Notes under the pieces: model-generated
Seen by the model: the letters and a program-made list of their open reading frames with translations, nothing else
Told to the model about the DNA's origin: nothing
The model's database searches: none
Made by a program: the position numbers and the translations under genes
In this document: in pieces, positions 60,206 through 64,000 of the stretch
Numbering within the stretch: the first letter of the stretch is position 1
How the letters are laid out: the number at the start of each line of letters is the position of its first letter
NCBI GenBank assembly: GCA_963715985.1
Contig: CAVQSP010000011.1
Location: 384,001-448,000, forward strand
Length of the DNA stretch: 64,000 bases
Direction of reading: 5' to 3'
Source: an uncultured Thermoleophilia bacterium
GTDB lineage: Bacteria > Actinomycetota > Thermoleophilia > UBA2241

Positions 60206-60646
60206 ATGGACTCGTGGGCGCAGCACATCCGCGTGGCGCGGCTCACCGACGCGGCGGACCTTGCCATCCTCTGTGGCCAGCTCGGCTACCCATCCGGGAA
60301 AGGACAGGTGCGCGACCGGCTGTGCCTCCTGGACGACCCGGAGCGCACGCTGCTCGTAGCCGCGCCGGCGCATGGACTGGCCGGCTTCATCGACGTGCAC
60401 GTGCAGCGTACGATCGAGGAGGACGCCTACGCAGAGGTCGGCGGGCTGGTGGTGGCCGCGGAGCACCGCGGCTCCGGCGCAGGCGCCGCCCTCCTCGAGG
60501 CGGCCGCGGCCTGGTCGCGTGAACGTGGCCTGGCTCATCTCCGGATCCGCGCCAACCTGGCCCGCGGGGCGGCCGCCCACGGCTTCTACGTACGCGTCGG
60601 CTGCCGGACGGTCAAGGACCAGCGTGTGTACGAGTACCCGCTGTGA
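60206..60646 (+). CDS. GNAT family N-acetyltransferase
   Basis: QLGYP, LVV..HRGSGAG and AHGFY motifs. Confidence 0.85.
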   Translation: MDSWAQHIRVARLTDAADLAILCGQLGYPSGKGQVRDRLCLLDDPERTLLVAAPAHGLAGFIDVHVQRTIEEDAYAEVGGLVVAAEHRGSGAGAALLEAAAAWSRERGLAHLRIRANLARGAAAHGFYVRVGCRTVKDQRVYEYPL

Positions 60647-61488
60647 AGCGCATCGTGCTCGGCGACAACCTCGAGGTGCTCCACACCCTGCCGGACGGGT
60701 GTGCCCGGCTGATCTACATCGACCCGCCCTTCAACACCGGGCGCGCGCAGTCCAGGACGCGGCTGCGCACCACGCGCGACGAGGGGGGCGACCGCCGCGG
60801 CTTCGGCGGGCGGCGATACCGCACGGAGGTCGTGGGCCACGCCACGTGGCCGGACGCCTTCGACGACTACCTCGGGTTCCTTGCGCCGCGCCTCGAAGAG
60901 GCGCGGCGCATCCTCAGCCCCGACGGGTCGCTCTTCTTCCACATCGACAGCCGCGAGGCGCACTACTGCAAGGTCTTGCTCGACGGTATCTTCGGCCGCG
61001 CCTCGTTCCTCAACGAGATCGTCTGGGCCTACGACTACGGAGGCCGGTCCCGCTCCCGCTGGCCGGCCAAGCACGACAGCATCTTCTGGTACGCGGTGGA
61101 TCCCGCACGCTACGTGTTCCGCTACGACGACATCGACCGGGTACCGTACATGGCGCCGCGTCTGGCCGGCCCCGAGAAGGCGGCCCGCGGCAAGACGCCC
61201 ACCGACGTCTGGTGGCTCACCATCGTGAGTCCGACGGGCAGGGAGAAGACCGGCTACCCCACGCAGAAGCCGCTCAAGCTCCTCGAGCGGATCGTGCGCG
61301 TGCACTCCGACCCCGGCGACCTCGTCGTGGACTTCTTCGCCGGCAGCGGGACCACCGGTGAGGCGGCGGCGCGCTGCGGGCGCGACTACCTGCTCGTGGA
61401 CGACAATCCCGAGGCGGTGGCAGTGATGACGCGCAGGCTCGCATGGGACGGCCCCGAGGTGGCCGGGGCGCCAGACGCAGGCCGCTGA
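60643..61488 (+). CDS. Site-specific DNA methyltransferase (N6-A/N4-C, beta class), orphan
   Basis: YIDPPFNTG (motif IV) precedes YPTQKP and DFFAGSGTT (motif I). Confidence 0.9.
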   Translation: MKRIVLGDNLEVLHTLPDGCARLIYIDPPFNTGRAQSRTRLRTTRDEGGDRRGFGGRRYRTEVVGHATWPDAFDDYLGFLAPRLEEARRILSPDGSLFFHIDSREAHYCKVLLDGIFGRASFLNEIVWAYDYGGRSRSRWPAKHDSIFWYAVDPARYVFRYDDIDRVPYMAPRLAGPEKAARGKTPTDVWWLTIVSPTGREKTGYPTQKPLKLLERIVRVHSDPGDLVVDFFAGSGTTGEAAARCGRDYLLVDDNPEAVAVMTRRLAWDGPEVAGAPDAGR

Positions 61489-61496
61489 ACACGACG

Positions 61497-61528
61497 AAGG
61501 GGCCGGCTCCTTGCGGAGCCGGCCCCTT
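61497..61528. terminator. Bidirectional terminator
   Basis: 14-bp stem AAGGGGCCGGCTCC-ttgc-GGAGCCGGCCCCTT between convergent genes. Confidence 0.85.
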
Positions 61529-61554
61529 GAAGCGTCAGGCGATGTGTGTCCCGG

Positions 61555-61782
<228 letters not shown>

Positions 61783-61811
61783 TCAAATCTACCGATACGG
61801 CCGGAGCGAAG

Positions 61812-62831
61812 TCAAGAAAGGCCCCGGCGCTCGTCCGCGAAGAGCTCCACGAGGGCGAGCGCCGCAGCGCCGATGAACCCGGCGTCCGGCCCCAGCGCGG
61901 CCGGCACGATGCGGACCTGGTCGCGGGCCGGCTGCAGGCCCCGGGCAGCGAGCACGCGGCGGGCGGGCTCGAAGAGCAGCTCGCCGGCCGCCGCCGCGCC
62001 GCCGCCGATGACGATGAGCTCCGGGTTGAAGATGTTGACGAGCGTGACCAGCCCGGCGCCGAGGTACTCGCCGATGCCGGCGAGCACGGCCACGGCGCCC
62101 GGGTCGCCCTCCAGGCCGAGCCGGGTGAGCAGTGGGCCGTCCACGATCTCGCCGGCGCCGAGGGCCCGTCCCAGGGCGGACTGCGGGTGGGCGCGCGCCT
62201 CGGCGAGCGCGGCCCGCGCCATCGCCGGCCCGGCCACATAGGCCTCCAGGCAGCCGTGGTTCGGGCAGTCCGCCGGGCACTTGACCCCGTTGACGTCGAC
62301 GATGAGATGGCCGAGCTCGGCGCCCGCCCCGGAGAGCCCGCGGAACAGGCGGCCGCCGCAGACGATGCCGCCACCCACGCCGGTCCCCAGAGTCAGCATC
62401 ACCATCTCGGGGCTGCCCACGCCGGCGCCGAACACGGCCTCGCCGAGGGCGGCGCCGTTGGCGTCGTTGTCGACGACCACGGGCACGCCGAGGCGCTCCG
62501 CCAGCACGTCGCGCAGGGGCACATCGGTGAGCGGCAGGTTGACGGAACGGACGATGCGTCCGCCGGCGAAGTCGACCATCGACGCCACGCCCACGCCCAC
62601 CGCCTCTACCCCGCCGGCGCCGACGATGTCCTCGAGGAGCGCGACAACGCCGTCCAGGCACGCGTCCGGGGACGAGACCTCCGTGGGCGCCGTGAACCGC
62701 GCCTCCACACGAGGCGTCTCCTGAGGAGTGAGCGAACGCGCGGCGGCGGCAGGAAGACGGACGCGGAGCAGGGCGGCGGCCGTCTTGGTGCCGCCGATAT
62801 CCACGCCGACGATGGTGCGCTGCGGGCCCAC
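61812..62831 (-). CDS. ROK family sugar kinase (glucokinase-like)
   Basis: GVDIGGTK, DNDAN, TLGTGVGGG, ELGH and C..C..GCLE motifs. Confidence 0.9.
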   Translation of the reverse strand: MGPQRTIVGVDIGGTKTAAALLRVRLPAAAARSLTPQETPRVEARFTAPTEVSSPDACLDGVVALLEDIVGAGGVEAVGVGVASMVDFAGGRIVRSVNLPLTDVPLRDVLAERLGVPVVVDNDANGAALGEAVFGAGVGSPEMVMLTLGTGVGGGIVCGGRLFRGLSGAGAELGHLIVDVNGVKCPADCPNHGCLEAYVAGPAMARAALAEARAHPQSALGRALGAGEIVDGPLLTRLGLEGDPGAVAVLAGIGEYLGAGLVTLVNIFNPELIVIGGGAAAAGELLFEPARRVLAARGLQPARDQVRIVPAALGPDAGFIGAAALALVELFADERRGLS

Positions 62832-62975
62832 GACGACCCGCAGCTTACCATGGTGTAGACTCGAGACTGCAGGAAACGCCCGCCCCGAGGCGTAGTCAGG
62901 TGTCAGGCCGCACGACCCGCTCCCCGAACCGACCGCGACGCTGGACGTTGCCTGCGCCACGAGCGAGAGCTGTAG

Positions 62976-64000
62976 ATGCCAGACGAGGACAACGGCGGGC
63001 GTAAGCCCTACAAGACGTACAAGGCCGGCCGCGGCAAGCGCAGACCCATCGACGACGAGCTGGCCGGCGCCCGTCCCCCCAGCCGGCCGCACGGCGCGCA
63101 GGACGAGCCGCAACGACCCGACGGAGGCGCCGCTCCCGCGGCTCCGGCCACATCCGCGGCGCCCCAGGACAAGGACTACCGCCGCTACGGCCCCGCGCCC
63201 CTTAACGGTGGCAAGAGCAAGGCCGCCACGAACGGCGGCGGGGGCCGGCGGCGCTTCCGCTGGTGGTTCATCCCCGTCGGCCTCTTCGTCGCCGTCGTCG
63301 TCGCGTGCGTCGTGGTGACGGTGATCGCCTGGCCCGGCTACCAGAAGTTCGACCGGGCCGTGGACAAGGCCAACGCGCGCGTCGACAACAAGACGCGCGC
63401 GCAGCTCTCACCCGACCAGGGCTGGATCTGGCGCAAGGGCACCACTCTGCTGCTCTTCGGCGTGGACAGCAAGGCCGGCGAGCCGGCCCGCTCGGACACC
63501 ATCATACTGATGCGCTTCGATCCGGGTACGCATACCATCAACCAGCTCTCCATCCCGCGCGACACGCGCGTCCAGCTCCCCAACGGCAGCGTCGACAAGA
63601 TCAATGCGGCCATGTTCTGGGGCGGACCGTCGATGGCAGTACAGACGGTCGAGGAGTTCACCGGCATCCCGGTGAACCACGTCATGATCGTCGACTTCAA
63701 GGGGTTCCCGCGGCTCGTCAACGCCGTCGGCGGCGTGGACATGCGCGTGCCGACGACCATCAGCACGGTGGCCGGAGCCAACGGCCGCACCGTGGTGTTC
63801 AGGAAGGGCATGCACCACTTCGACGGCAAGTACGCCATGCTGTACGTGCGCATCCGCTACGCCGACGACGACTTCCACAGGGCTGCCCGCCAGCAGGCCT
63901 TCGTGCAGGCGTTGCAGAAGAAGATCGCGCAGCCCTCCAACATCACCAAGCTCCCCGAGATCGGCAAGAAGTTCATGAGCGGCGTGGCCACCGACCTCAC
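62976..64000 (+). CDS. LCP (LytR-CpsA-Psr) family protein, 3' end outside window
   Basis: Manual translation from ATG 62976: TM helix, then RSDTII, SIPRDT, KINAA, VDFKGF..VNAVGGV motifs. Confidence 0.9.
   Translation, partial: MPDEDNGGRKPYKTYKAGRGKRRPIDDELAGARPPSRPHGAQDEPQRPDGGAAPAAPATSAAPQDKDYRRYGPAPLNGGKSKAATNGGGGRRRFRWWFIPVGLFVAVVVACVVVTVIAWPGYQKFDRAVDKANARVDNKTRAQLSPDQGWIWRKGTTLLLFGVDSKAGEPARSDTIILMRFDPGTHTINQLSIPRDTRVQLPNGSVDKINAAMFWGGPSMAVQTVEEFTGIPVNHVMIVDFKGFPRLVNAVGGVDMRVPTTISTVAGANGRTVVFRKGMHHFDGKYAMLYVRIRYADDDFHRAARQQAFVQALQKKIAQPSNITKLPEIGKKFMSGVATDL

Overview
Very GC-rich bacterial chromosome segment with gene content and order typical of Actinomycetota (probably a deep-branching, Thermoleophilia-like lineage; this is inference). 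The stretch from about 29.8 to 51.6 kb is the conserved core block metG-tatD-rsmA-ispE-tRNA-Gln-glmU-prs-rplY-pth-mfd-prsA-mazG-eno-divIC-DUF501-ppx-tRNA-Leu(UAA). The left half is accessory or regulatory. It holds a LexA-box-controlled DUF6504 + DnaE2-like cassette with no imuA/imuB, a PASTA kinase, an M48 protease/zinc-ribbon pair and accC. It also holds an orphan receiver-MshEN-PilB ATPase with sigma-28-like promoters and mutually complementary structured flanks, paaK, copA with a CsoR-type operator, and a zur-znuACB operon with a Zur box. The right end has an Lrp/aminotransferase/agmatinase module, a decayed patch (type III Res and SOD remnants), an orphan DNA methyltransferase, a ferredoxin, a ROK kinase and an LCP protein. 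About ten single-base frameshifts in otherwise intact genes most likely reflect sequencing or assembly errors. I saw no CRISPR array, rRNA, integrase or transposase. The best novelty candidates are (i) the pilB locus with complementary flanking RNA elements, (ii) the minimal SOS cassette whose polymerase keeps a full PHP metal site, and (iii) a C-rich-loop sRNA candidate at 12.1 kb.
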